A DNA stretch of 57,695 nt from a virus (Duplodnaviria > Caudoviricetes). The DNA lies in the IMG/VR virus record IMGVR_UViG_3300027903_000007, positions 1 through 57,695 of that record; one strand, 5' to 3'. The notes beneath the pieces were generated by a model, which saw only the letters and a list, made by a program, of their open reading frames with translations, ran no database searches and was not told the DNA's origin. Made by a program: the position numbers and the translations under genes. This document shows, piece after piece, positions 29,264-37,790 of the stretch (positions are counted from its first letter, which is position 1; every line of letters begins with the position of its first letter).

Positions 29264-29740
29264 TCAGTCTATTGCGTCGATGACGCCGACCGCGTCATTA
29301 GCTTCGAAAACTGATTCTTCAGCATCAAGCCCTTCCATGAAGCCTGCTGCTGCTGTGCCCTTCTGGCCGTTATCGTTCAGCGTGTATTCACCATTGTCGA
29401 CAAAGTAGGTGAACATGGTTGTCTGAATGACTTCGTTGACAGCTTCTCGCCATTCACCATCTTTGATGATGTTGACCCCTACGCCGACCGAGTCACGACC
29501 ATCAGCAGCCACTGTAGCAACAACGTTTTTGCCGATGTTGATGTCTTGGAAATTGACTGTGACAGTGCAGTCACCCCAAGCTGGGCCATGCCGGAGGGCA
29601 ATGGCATTGCCGAGGTTGCTAACGCGCCAGTCGTCGCCAATGCTGAGTTCGTCCAGACCTACTGTAAATTCATCACTACTCCATGTCAGGGTTGGTGTGG
29701 ACAGGGTCTTTTCGGGATCGCCTACTTTATAGAATATCAT
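29264..29740 (-). CDS. Acidic hypothetical cassette gene
   Basis: ATG follows the repeat RBS. Confidence 0.65.
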   Translation of the reverse strand: MIFYKVGDPEKTLSTPTLTWSSDEFTVGLDELSIGDDWRVSNLGNAIALRHGPAWGDCTVTVNFQDINIGKNVVATVAADGRDSVGVGVNIIKDGEWREAVNEVIQTTMFTYFVDNGEYTLNDNGQKGTAAAGFMEGLDAEESVFEANDAVGVIDAID

Positions 29741-29809
29741 AATATCTCCTCCTGTTGAAGCAGGATTGCTTCTCACAGCATCCCATAGGATGCTGGACAG
29801 AAACATTCA

Positions 29810-30016
29810 TCATTTAACTCGTAACTTCCATGGTCTTCGGGGTACTTCCGCAGGAGTGAGCCTGCGCTTTCGCTCCAGTTCAGTTTCTTGAGCTACAGCG
29901 GTTGCTATGGCAGCTCGGCATTGGTCACAGCTGACTCTCTTCTTCAGATGATACTTGTACTTGAACCATGTACCGCAATGCCTGCAATATTTACTACGGG
30001 TCGAGCCTCTAAGCAT
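29810..30016 (-). CDS. Small Zn-finger protein
   Basis: CRHC...CDQC. Confidence 0.55.
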   Translation of the reverse strand: MLRGSTRSKYCRHCGTWFKYKYHLKKRVSCDQCRAAIATAVAQETELERKRRLTPAEVPRRPWKLRVK

Positions 30017-30018
30017 TC

Positions 30019-30519
30019 TTACCTCTCTTCAAACGCAAAGCGTGAAACGTCAAGGACATACCCAACTTCGTGACGCTCAAGAGCATCAATAGAATGTTTG
30101 TGCAGTTTTGGTTGAAGTTCAAAGGCTTCCCTTTCCCATGGAAGATCTTTGTAAGCCACGTCAGAAGTACAAATGAATTTTGGGAAATACTGACCGCACC
30201 AGTTGCACCCTCCTTCTTGCTCTTGCACATCTGAAAGATCACCGCGCAAGTATTGAGCGATGTGAGTTGTTTCATGGCCAAGCACTGAGATGCCTTCAAA
30301 CAGATTGAATCCGTTTGCATTGAGTACGACCATGAAGTAGTCGGATGTTAAGCATCCCATTGACCCTAGATGATTTTTGGGGCCAATGTTTGCGCGACGT
30401 ACAGCTACGGTGCAATCACGTTCTGTGATGCCAAGATGCTTACAGTTCGACTTGAATGTTTTTGTTAGGATGGTTTTTTCCTTTTGAGTGAAACCATCAT
30501 CAAAAAGAATGGTTGGCAT
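30019..30519 (-). CDS. HExxH metallopeptidase-like protein, first gene of the cassette array
   Basis: 'LGHETTHIAQY..YKDLPWEREAF'; AAACAGGAGGAG SD. Confidence 0.75.
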   Translation of the reverse strand: MPTILFDDGFTQKEKTILTKTFKSNCKHLGITERDCTVAVRRANIGPKNHLGSMGCLTSDYFMVVLNANGFNLFEGISVLGHETTHIAQYLRGDLSDVQEQEGGCNWCGQYFPKFICTSDVAYKDLPWEREAFELQPKLHKHSIDALERHEVGYVLDVSRFAFEER

Positions 30520-31901
30520 GATTTTCTCCTCCTGTTTGATAATCATGATGATCATCGGAGGTGACAGCAACAAAGACATTCAGCTGCACTCATTTGGGGG
30601 AATGAGTCGGGGTATTTGCAGCTTTGTTCCCTATCGCTTCAGGGGGCTTGGTGGAAAAGCGATAGTTGCCTGAGCACTGTCACCACCGATAATCAAAGGT
30701 GATGAAAGGAGCTGGCCCGTAGGCCAACCCCCTTCACCTTTGTAAACAGAAGGAGGAGATATTTCACCAATGCCCATTTATGCGCAAAGCAAACTTTACC
30801 GGCAGCTGCATTAGGTTTGGGCAAACAGATAACAAGTTGATTGGTTTGCCGTTGCGTTTGAGGGGTATTAATAACTCAGGGGTAGTTTCAGAATAGAGTG
30901 TAGTGATGCTGTGTAATTGCATTCATGCTGCACATCCAAGCTTTAGTGCCGTTGCTTTATTTGCAGTTGGATGACCTGCCTACGTACCCGCGCCGAACCT
31001 AAACGGTTACAGCGGCTGTAGGTGTGGAACCCTACGAGAATTATACTTATAGGTCAGTTTGTGCGGCATTGAGTTAAGAACCCATGCCAAACGCGCCTAG
31101 CAGCCCTTAGTGGTGCCCTTGCTGAAAAGGGCTAGTACCCTAGCTAAAATTTGAAATAGCTCATTATGAGCCATTTGTGGCCCGCCTAAGGGCTATTTTA
31201 GCGTTGTAATACCGTGACTTACATTTTGACATGCAAAACCTGCCGAATTTAGTTTTAAACAGGTTTGCACATGAATGCTAATTCTTCAGCTGCTTTACTT
31301 GAGGCAAAATGGTGCATTGGTGACCGTGGCCCATGCTGGCATGTTCGGGTTTGTCAACCGTTAGCGCCTTTTATTATGCGCCTATGGCTTTACACCGTGC
31401 GCCGCATATGGCGGCATCATGCTAGCTTGCGCATGTTTCAGCGCGGGCTCAATCCGGGGCAGGTATGCTTTCACTGCTAGTGCCAGTTTGACCGGGGTAG
31501 GCTTCAATGGAAGCGCTTGTTTGTGCAGCGCCGTCATAGTGACATAAGCCTTGACCATGTAACCAGCGGGCTTGATTTGCCCTTTTCCTTTGGGGCTTAG
31601 GGCTGAGGAGCGCCGTAGCGTTCAGCTTGTAACCTTCATAGCTTAGGGGTGAGGACTGACCAGATTCACCTTGTCACCTTAGCAGCCTAGAGTTCCTGCG
31701 TTTATTGGCCGGTTTAGTGTCACGCCTTAGTGCACTCCTATTGCGGCTGGCTCACCGCGCCAGCTAAGCCTTTGAAGGGCTTAGCTGACTTTTTGCGCCA
31801 CCTGAATTCGTGCCGTGAACAGGCGCAAATCAGGCAGCAGTGCCCAACACTAACCCGGTCAAAATGTGTGCAAAGCCAGAAGTTACGCTTCTTCACAAGT
31901 T

Positions 31902-32460
31902 TTATGGAGGTGATGTTTCCGCTTTATCCCTGATCAAAAGCATTTTATAGATGGTGAGACCATGAGGGCCGGATAGAGCGCGACAGATTTCAATATCTCT
32001 AAATGTAAAATTGGTTTTCATATCCGCTAAATTCTTATATCCTAGAAGCTCACACAAAGTAACTGGATTCATGTTTCCTTGACCTAAATATGGATCAAGA
32101 TTACTATAGACCCTGATTCGTAATTCTGCATTTTCATCTCGTTGGTCCTGTGTCAGTTTCATTGACCTTATCCTTCCATTTGATCACCAGCATTTTGTAG
32201 ATGGTAAAGCCATGCGGCCCACATAGCAGTTTTAAGATGTGAGTTGATTCATCTGTCCATTCTTCAGTCATTTGTTTAATATCCTTGTATCCAAGGATAT
32301 TGGCTATGTGTCGATGTGATGGATGTGGAAATGGATTAACTAGAACAGAATCAATCAATCCTTTGGATTTCCATTCCCAAAGTCGACCATTTAAATGAGT
32401 GTAAGGGATACTGCCTAGCATATACCAATCCTCTTTGAAAAGTGGACTCATGTGAACCAC
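31902..32460 (-). CDS. Two 'GPH' family paralogs (31902-32162, 32134-32460)
   Basis: Shared 'LGYK..M..L.GPHG.TIYKML.I'. Confidence 0.7.
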
Positions 32461-33359
32461 ATCCTGATCAATTTGCGGTCTTTGTCGATGACATTGCTGT
32501 TGCGTCTGTGGATGTATTGGTATTGATCAAAGATCAAGGTATCACCAGCTGACCATGAATAGGGCACGGCGCATTTATCCAAGGCAATGTAGAGGGCCTG
32601 CAGCGCATCCGTGATTTCACGGATAGAAGGCTGTTCATGAAGTGATAAGCCCGGCAAGGCACTGACATGCCCGCGTGAAGCCAATAGCATTCCTTTGATA
32701 TTAAAAAGAGGATGGGCATAAATGCCATTATGTCCAATATAATGAGATTGTAGCTTGTCAACGGTATTTAGATGTTTTTGGCTTAGCAAATATTGGACTT
32801 CAACGACATGAGACAACTCGGTTTCAGCTAATCCGCAACCGGCATCCAAGCAATGCAACAGCACGTATTGAGGTGGCACGGGATGATACAATCCATCTGA
32901 ATGCCAATCAAAGTATTCAGTACGGTTAGAATAATCGTTGGGATTGTCTTGATGCATGGCAATAGTGTAATCCAAACCAGTGGTTTGCTTGATATGTTTC
33001 GATAGAATTGTAGCCCATTTATTGGGATCAAAATCAGGCAGATTGCAGTAGAATGGAGTTTTAAACAATTGATAATGGCTCATGTTTGTAACCTTTTGAT
33101 CAACACAGGATTTCTTTAAAACCAGTATTTTATAGATAGTAGGACCATGAGGACCACATAACAATTCGAGCTTTTCACGGTCTTCTTCCCGGAAGTTATA
33201 CATCATGATCTCACCATTGGGGTAATCCAGCAGCCAAGCTAGATGGGTATAGGCCGGATCATCTCCCATTCCAATGTTGATTATAGGGACTTTTTCGACA
33301 ACACCCCAATCTATTAACAATTCAGCGACTTGTATTCGCATCTCCCATGTGGCGATCAT
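32448..33359 (-). CDS. TauD/TfdA-like Fe(II)/2OG dioxygenase in frame with an N-terminal 'GPH' domain
   Basis: 'WHSDG..YVLLHC..WSAGDTLIFDQ..IHRR..RKLIRMW'; internal ATG at 33083. Confidence 0.75.
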   Translation of the reverse strand: MIATWEMRIQVAELLIDWGVVEKVPIINIGMGDDPAYTHLAWLLDYPNGEIMMYNFREEDREKLELLCGPHGPTIYKILVLKKSCVDQKVTNMSHYQLFKTPFYCNLPDFDPNKWATILSKHIKQTTGLDYTIAMHQDNPNDYSNRTEYFDWHSDGLYHPVPPQYVLLHCLDAGCGLAETELSHVVEVQYLLSQKHLNTVDKLQSHYIGHNGIYAHPLFNIKGMLLASRGHVSALPGLSLHEQPSIREITDALQALYIALDKCAVPYSWSAGDTLIFDQYQYIHRRNSNVIDKDRKLIRMWFT

Positions 33360-33613
33360 CTTACTAGCATCATTTTGAAAATGGTCACACCATGAGGTGG
33401 ACAGAGCATTTTGAGACGATCAATGTCGGATGAAGATAAGTGCTGGATGCAGTTTAGTTCAAAGGTGTTGAGATGGCCTAGAGTAGACCAAATTAACTGA
33501 TCTAAATCGTCCGCGGAACTGGTATTTATCTTCATCCCGGATACTAGACCAGCATCAGTTCTAAGATAGGACCAAGCACGGTAGAATATGGCGTGTTTGT
33601 CTTCTTTATTCAT
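33356..33613 (-). CDS. 'GPH' family paralog
   Basis: 'RLKMLCPPHGVTIFKMMLVR'. Confidence 0.65.
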   Translation of the reverse strand: MNKEDKHAIFYRAWSYLRTDAGLVSGMKINTSSADDLDQLIWSTLGHLNTFELNCIQHLSSSDIDRLKMLCPPHGVTIFKMMLVR

Positions 33614-33716
33614 GGAAGAGACCTTTCATTTGAAAATAGCGGCCTTTTATTATCACCTGAAACAAAAACCAAATACCAGTAGAAGTTGGTGTATCTCAGC
33701 AAACAGAGGTCGAGGT

Positions 33717-34166
33717 ATGAAAACAGCGTATTATGATCAAAAGAGTAATGCCAAGAAGCGTGGAATAGCCTTTGAGTTTACATATGAAGATTAGTTAGCT
33801 TGGTGGATAGAACAGTTAGGGCCTGATTGGTTCACAAAGCGTGGATGCAAAGCAGGACAATATGTAATGGCTTGCAACTATGACAGAGGAGCATATAAAC
33901 GTGGAAATGTGAAAGCTATAACTATTGAGGAAAATACGGCGCGTTATAATAGACGACGTAAATTAGTTAGTACTAGAGGATGGAAGTGTCTTTCAGATGA
34001 GGTGGTTAAAGGTGTCTACCTTGATCCAAATGATTATCTTACAATTGCTAGAAAGTACAAGATTACAAAGCATAAGATTCAGTGTATCAAGAGGAAACAT
34101 TATTATAGGAAGATAACTGATGCAGTGGATGCAATCTGCATTATCAAGGAGAATGGAGATTGTTAG
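33717..34166 (+). pseudogene. HNH-like endonuclease with a premature amber codon
   Basis: One frame reads 'FEFTYED*LAWW..GQYVMA..GAY..NV'; TAG at 33792-33794 sits where both paralogs have Trp. Confidence 0.75.
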
Positions 34167-34249
34167 ATTAGGTTGATTGCGGGATAATGAATGTAGATAA
34201 ATGTTACATGGACATGGGATGCGACTAAGAACAAGAAGATTGAATCATG

Positions 34250-34371
34250 CTTCGTCAGATGAGCATAAAGATTAAGACGAGGAAAACGATTTTAGTCGTC
34301 TTAATAAAGTGATTCTTCGTCAGATGAGCTTGAAATTGAAGATGAGCCATTTCTGAGTTGTCGTCTTAATA
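34250..34371. repeat. Two degenerate 65-bp tandem units
   Basis: CTTCGTCAGATGAGC at 34250 and 34315; GTCGTCTTAATA at 34295 and 34360. Confidence 0.8.
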
Positions 34372-34386
34372 GGTGGAAGCTTCTTC

Positions 34387-34432
34387 GACTTAATAGTCTT
34401 CTTCTTCAAGTGAAGAAGAAGACTATTAAGTC
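34387..34432. repeat. Perfect 22-bp inverted repeat with a 2-nt spacer
   Basis: GACTTAATAGTCTTCTTCTTCA-AG-TGAAGAAGAAGACTATTAAGTC. Confidence 0.95.
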
Positions 34433-34761
34433 ACCTGAGGAAGTCACAGGTATCAGGATAAAACAAAAGCGAGGCAATTGCCCCGCTCCTGCTCTCATCG
34501 TCGCACTTGCAAAGTTTGCTGCAATAGCCATGGCTGAGTGCTAAACCATTTCACAGCCGCCAGCCAATTGCGCCAGCTAGTCACATGCGCGTCATGTTGC
34601 ATCATTCAAACCTTCAATCAGTTTTGCTGCAAGCCGTGTTAACAAGCGCGGTTTGCGCGGTGGTAGTGAAGCCTGCGCTAGTTCAAGCTCATTTTGAACT
34701 AGCATTAGCAATAGCCAAAGTTCAGTTTCACTTAAACGCATTGCTTTGCCCTCAAAGTAAT

Positions 34762-34786
34762 GCCGCCCGCATTGGCGCGGGCGGCG
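34762..34786 (-). terminator. GC hairpin, probable terminator
   Basis: GCCGCCCGC-N6-GCGGGCGGC just after the 34798 stop; weak U-tract. Confidence 0.55.
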
Positions 34787-34797
34787 GTTGACTTACA

Positions 34798-35379
34798 TCA
34801 CAGTTGGTTGTTGGGCAAGTCAGTGACATGATTTTCAGCATGTTCAACTAACTCATGCACCGCGTCACTTGATGGGCCAAGTGCAGCACCATCAAGCTCA
34901 TTAGCCGGTACGGGCGTGACATGGCCCGCCTTGGGCTTGCGCGCCTTGCTGGCAGGCTTTTTGACCTTGGCCTTGCCTTTGGGCTGGTCAGTTTCAGCTT
35001 GACCAGCAGCCACCTTAGCCGCATCAGCCTTAGCCACGCGCTCAATGCGTTGTTTGCCTTTTGCCGTGACTTCATTGCGGTACACCTTGTGACCATTGTC
35101 AGCCAATGGCGCAGGCATTTCACGCAAAAAAGCATCAGCAATCAAACCACGCATTTTGTTCAGTTGCGGCGCACCGCAAGCCATCACAATTTGGCTACCA
35201 GTTGCACCGCAGTCACGCGTTGACATGGCAATGGCCAAGGCCTGCTTACCGGGGCGGCACCCAAGCCCGTGAACGCTGGCCAGCTGATCAACTGTAGGCT
35301 TAGGGCCTAACAGTTTCAGCTGCCAGTTTTTGAACAACGGGGCGTAATGGGTTGCGGCGTTGGTTTCAGTGTTTGACAT
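34798..35379 (-). CDS. Probable immediate-early protein, DUF3489-like winged helix plus a basic tail
   Basis: 'LGCRPGKQALAIAMSTRDCGATGSQI'; has its own promoter and terminator. Confidence 0.7.
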   Translation of the reverse strand: MSNTETNAATHYAPLFKNWQLKLLGPKPTVDQLASVHGLGCRPGKQALAIAMSTRDCGATGSQIVMACGAPQLNKMRGLIADAFLREMPAPLADNGHKVYRNEVTAKGKQRIERVAKADAAKVAAGQAETDQPKGKAKVKKPASKARKPKAGHVTPVPANELDGAALGPSSDAVHELVEHAENHVTDLPNNQL

Positions 35380-35509
35380 GATATTGACCTTTGAAGTTTT
35401 GACATAGTTGAACCGCTTACCCGTGACCTGCCCGTTTCAATGGGCACACTGTGAGGTATGGGGGCCTGAGCCCCAACGCTGCTATATGCAACGCCGCGTC
35501 AACAATGCA

Positions 35510-35538
35510 AACATATACCCTCTCACAATGTTTGTCAA
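35510..35538 (-). promoter_or_regulatory. Sigma70-type promoter overlapped by two 18-bp direct repeats
   Basis: TTGACA-N17-TATGTT; GTCAACAWTGCAAACATA at 35498 and 35534. Confidence 0.7.
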
Positions 35539-35676
35539 CATTGCAAACATAAATAAACAGAATATTTGATCAATTAATGTTACAAGCTATGCACGCAAAC
35601 ATGCATATCATCCACCGCAACTCAAGTGAGTTTGTCAGGTAAGTCGTTCACTGGACGAAGCAAGGTAAGAGGATCA

Positions 35677-35996
35677 TCTATGGAAGTAAGAGGAGGAAAT
35701 TACAGGAGTAGATAAACTGAGGAAAAGAGGTAGATGATAAGATGGTCCCCCTCCCCCCATGGCAAGGGCATGTCCTCCACTTACAGTAGATAGTAAAAAA
35801 TCCCAATACTTCCACGGAAGTAAGAAGGTTGAATCCTCTCCGTGGTATGCTATCGATTTATTTAAGTTACTTCCATGGATAGTAGAAGTACGAATCCTCT
35901 CCGTGGTATGGATAGTAAAAAATCTCGATGCTTCCACGGATACAAGAAACTTGTATCTAGATAGATCAAATTTATTCAAGCTGCTTCCACATGTAG
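35677..35996. repeat. Mosaic iteron-like repeat region
   Basis: GAATCCTCTCCGTGGTATG x2, GATAGTAAAAAATC..CTTCCACGGA x2, ATTTATTYAAGYTRCTTCCA x2. Confidence 0.75.
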
Positions 35997-36014
35997 TCCT
36001 ATATATGCACATGT

Positions 36015-37366
36015 TCAATCATCTTGGTTCTTTGTGGAAGCTTCTAGCCGTTGCAGGGCATACATGGTCAGTAAAGTAGCAATATGAGGAGATTGCAGTA
36101 TCTGATAGCGGTATACCCCCATGGGACTTAGTTTGACTATATCTCGTTGATACAAATAGGGGTAGGTATCTGGTGCTAAATACTCCTTGAAACAGGGGCA
36201 CACTTCCATCAAATGTTGAGGTAGCATGAGCACATGCTTCCAGTAGATGCCAGAAGCTTCTATAAATTCAACTCGAGTGATTTTTCTAGCTTCCATGTTG
36301 GGCTATCCAGATTGCCAGCAAGGTGACTGAATATGGATTGGATAGCCATTGATGGTGGCGGTATCCATCCGGGGTCAATTCAATCAGCATGGGATAATGG
36401 CTATGCTTGAACGGGATAGGGATGGCATCCTTAAAAGGTACGGTTGGCATGAACAACCTGAAGTCAGGCGCTTGTTTTATCTTCAGCGCCTTAACCATAC
36501 TGTCGTATTGAGCCATCGCCGCGAAGTAACCTGACCTGCTGATGCACGGATTATCTTTAATCATGGTATCTTTCCTTGCCATCCTGTTTTGGCTTTAAAG
36601 ACTTTCAACAAGGCGTAGTGGTGTGGGCTGGCCAGTATCATGATCTTGTTATAGGTTGGTTCAGTCACTTTCCATCTCCAACCGTATCGTGAGTCAGCCA
36701 CAAGCTTATGCTTTCCAATGAATGTGCTGAAGCGATGCGGGCCTTGGTGCAGAGAGGCGGTTTTGCCACCGTTCATGACTTTGTTCCAGTTATGTACAGC
36801 GTTAAGTACTTCTGACCCGTTAATGAAATATTCTGTCATTTGATCACTTAATCATGTTCCGCGCTTTGTACATGGCTAACAGGGTTTTGTAGTGTGGGCC
36901 GTTCAATGCCTTGATCTTGCGGGCTGATTCTTCAGATACTTTAATGTCAAATCGATCCCTGCCCCACCATGTGACCACTTTTAGTTTTTCGACTTGTTCC
37001 TCTTCACCAAGAAATTTCAGGTAGTGCCACATGGAAATGGATTTTAGTCCATGGAACTCATACCAACGTTCTGCTGCTATTTTTAGTTCTTGTATTGTTA
37101 TGCTCATTGTTTTCATCTAGCATCCTTAGTTCAAGCATCCTCATGATGGTATTGAAATACGGCCCACCTAATACATCCAATTTTCTTTGGATCTCTGGAT
37201 TAGTGATGTCAACAATGAAATTTCTATCTTGCCAGAAATCATTCCATGGATCATCAAGCAGGACTGCCAGCATTCGGTAGGGTAGTGGATTGGGTCTGGG
37301 ATCAACCCCAAGCCATCTTTCTATGATGTAATCTAAGAGATCTTTGTAGTAAGTGAGGTCTGTCAT
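36015..37366 (-). CDS. Five divergent 'GPH' family paralogs (36015-36296, 36286-36582, 36561-36839, 36844-37116, 37058-37366)
   Basis: C-terminal L-x-[GSN]-P-[HY]-x-x-[TA]-[LI]-[LM] in each. Confidence 0.65.
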
Positions 37367-37462
37367 CTGTTGCCCTTGATTGTTGTGGGGTATAGTATAC
37401 TGGCACTTTGTGGATTCTTCAGCTGGAAGTTATTCAATCCTTAAATGAAAGGTGGAGTGAAA

Positions 37463-37790
37463 ATGGCAAAGCATTCAAAAGCTCATCCCGGATTCGCAGC
37501 AGTTGAGAAAAAGATAGGTCAAAATCCAAAGATCAGAAATCCCGGTGCTGTGCTGGCTGCTGCAAGCCGTGGTGCTTCAAAAGCAGCGCACAAGGCCAAT
37601 CCCCGATTGAACAAGGTGAGGGGGAAGTAATATGCCTAGTAAATCCTTAAAACAGAAAAAATTCATGTCTGCTGCTGCGCATAGCCCTGCTTTTGCCAAG
37701 AAGGCTGATATCCCAGTTAAGGTAGCAAAAGAGTTTCACAATGCTGATAAAGGTAAGTATGGATACAAGCCTAAGGCAAAGGCTAAATAA
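37463..37790 (+). CDS. Two small basic late proteins (37463-37630; 37632-37790 MPSKSLKQKKFMSAAAH...)
   Basis: First rightward ORFs; GGAG and GGGG SDs; the second was hand-translated. Confidence 0.65.

Larger units (their letters stand above)
17671..29812 (-). repeat. Dispersed array of about 16 intergenic hairpin+RBS repeats (gene-cassette separators)
   Basis: Minus-strand consensus: TGAATGTTTCT-GTCC-N6-N6-N6'-GTG-AGAAGCATT-N1-3-GCTTC-AAACAGGAGGAGAA-ATG. Copies at about 17671-17734, 18099-18170, 20314-20377, 21777-21908, 23336-23400, 23773-23847, 24716-24781, 25394-25462, 25778-25845, 26194-26261, 26462-26526, 26883-26949, 27356-27420, 28078-28143, 28722-28790, 29744-29812. Confidence 0.92.

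Noticed and set aside
25388-29806. Track ORFs starting MFLSS../MLLTAA../MLQQEE.. inside the repeats
   Set aside because: The similar peptides arise from translating the repeat DNA; the real starts follow the AGGAGG.
17671-29812. CRISPR array or classical integron
   Set aside because: The spacers are whole genes of variable length, the repeats conserve structure rather than sequence, there are no RYYYAAC/GTTRRRY attC cores, and no cas or integrase gene is in the window.
34250-34330. Hammerhead ribozyme (CTGACGA on the minus strand; also at about 14346)
   Set aside because: No GAAA after a stem II and no consistent three-stem core.
35674-36079. ORFs across the repeat mosaic
   Set aside because: The peptide repeats mirror DNA repeats that fall in different frames, and there is no good SD.
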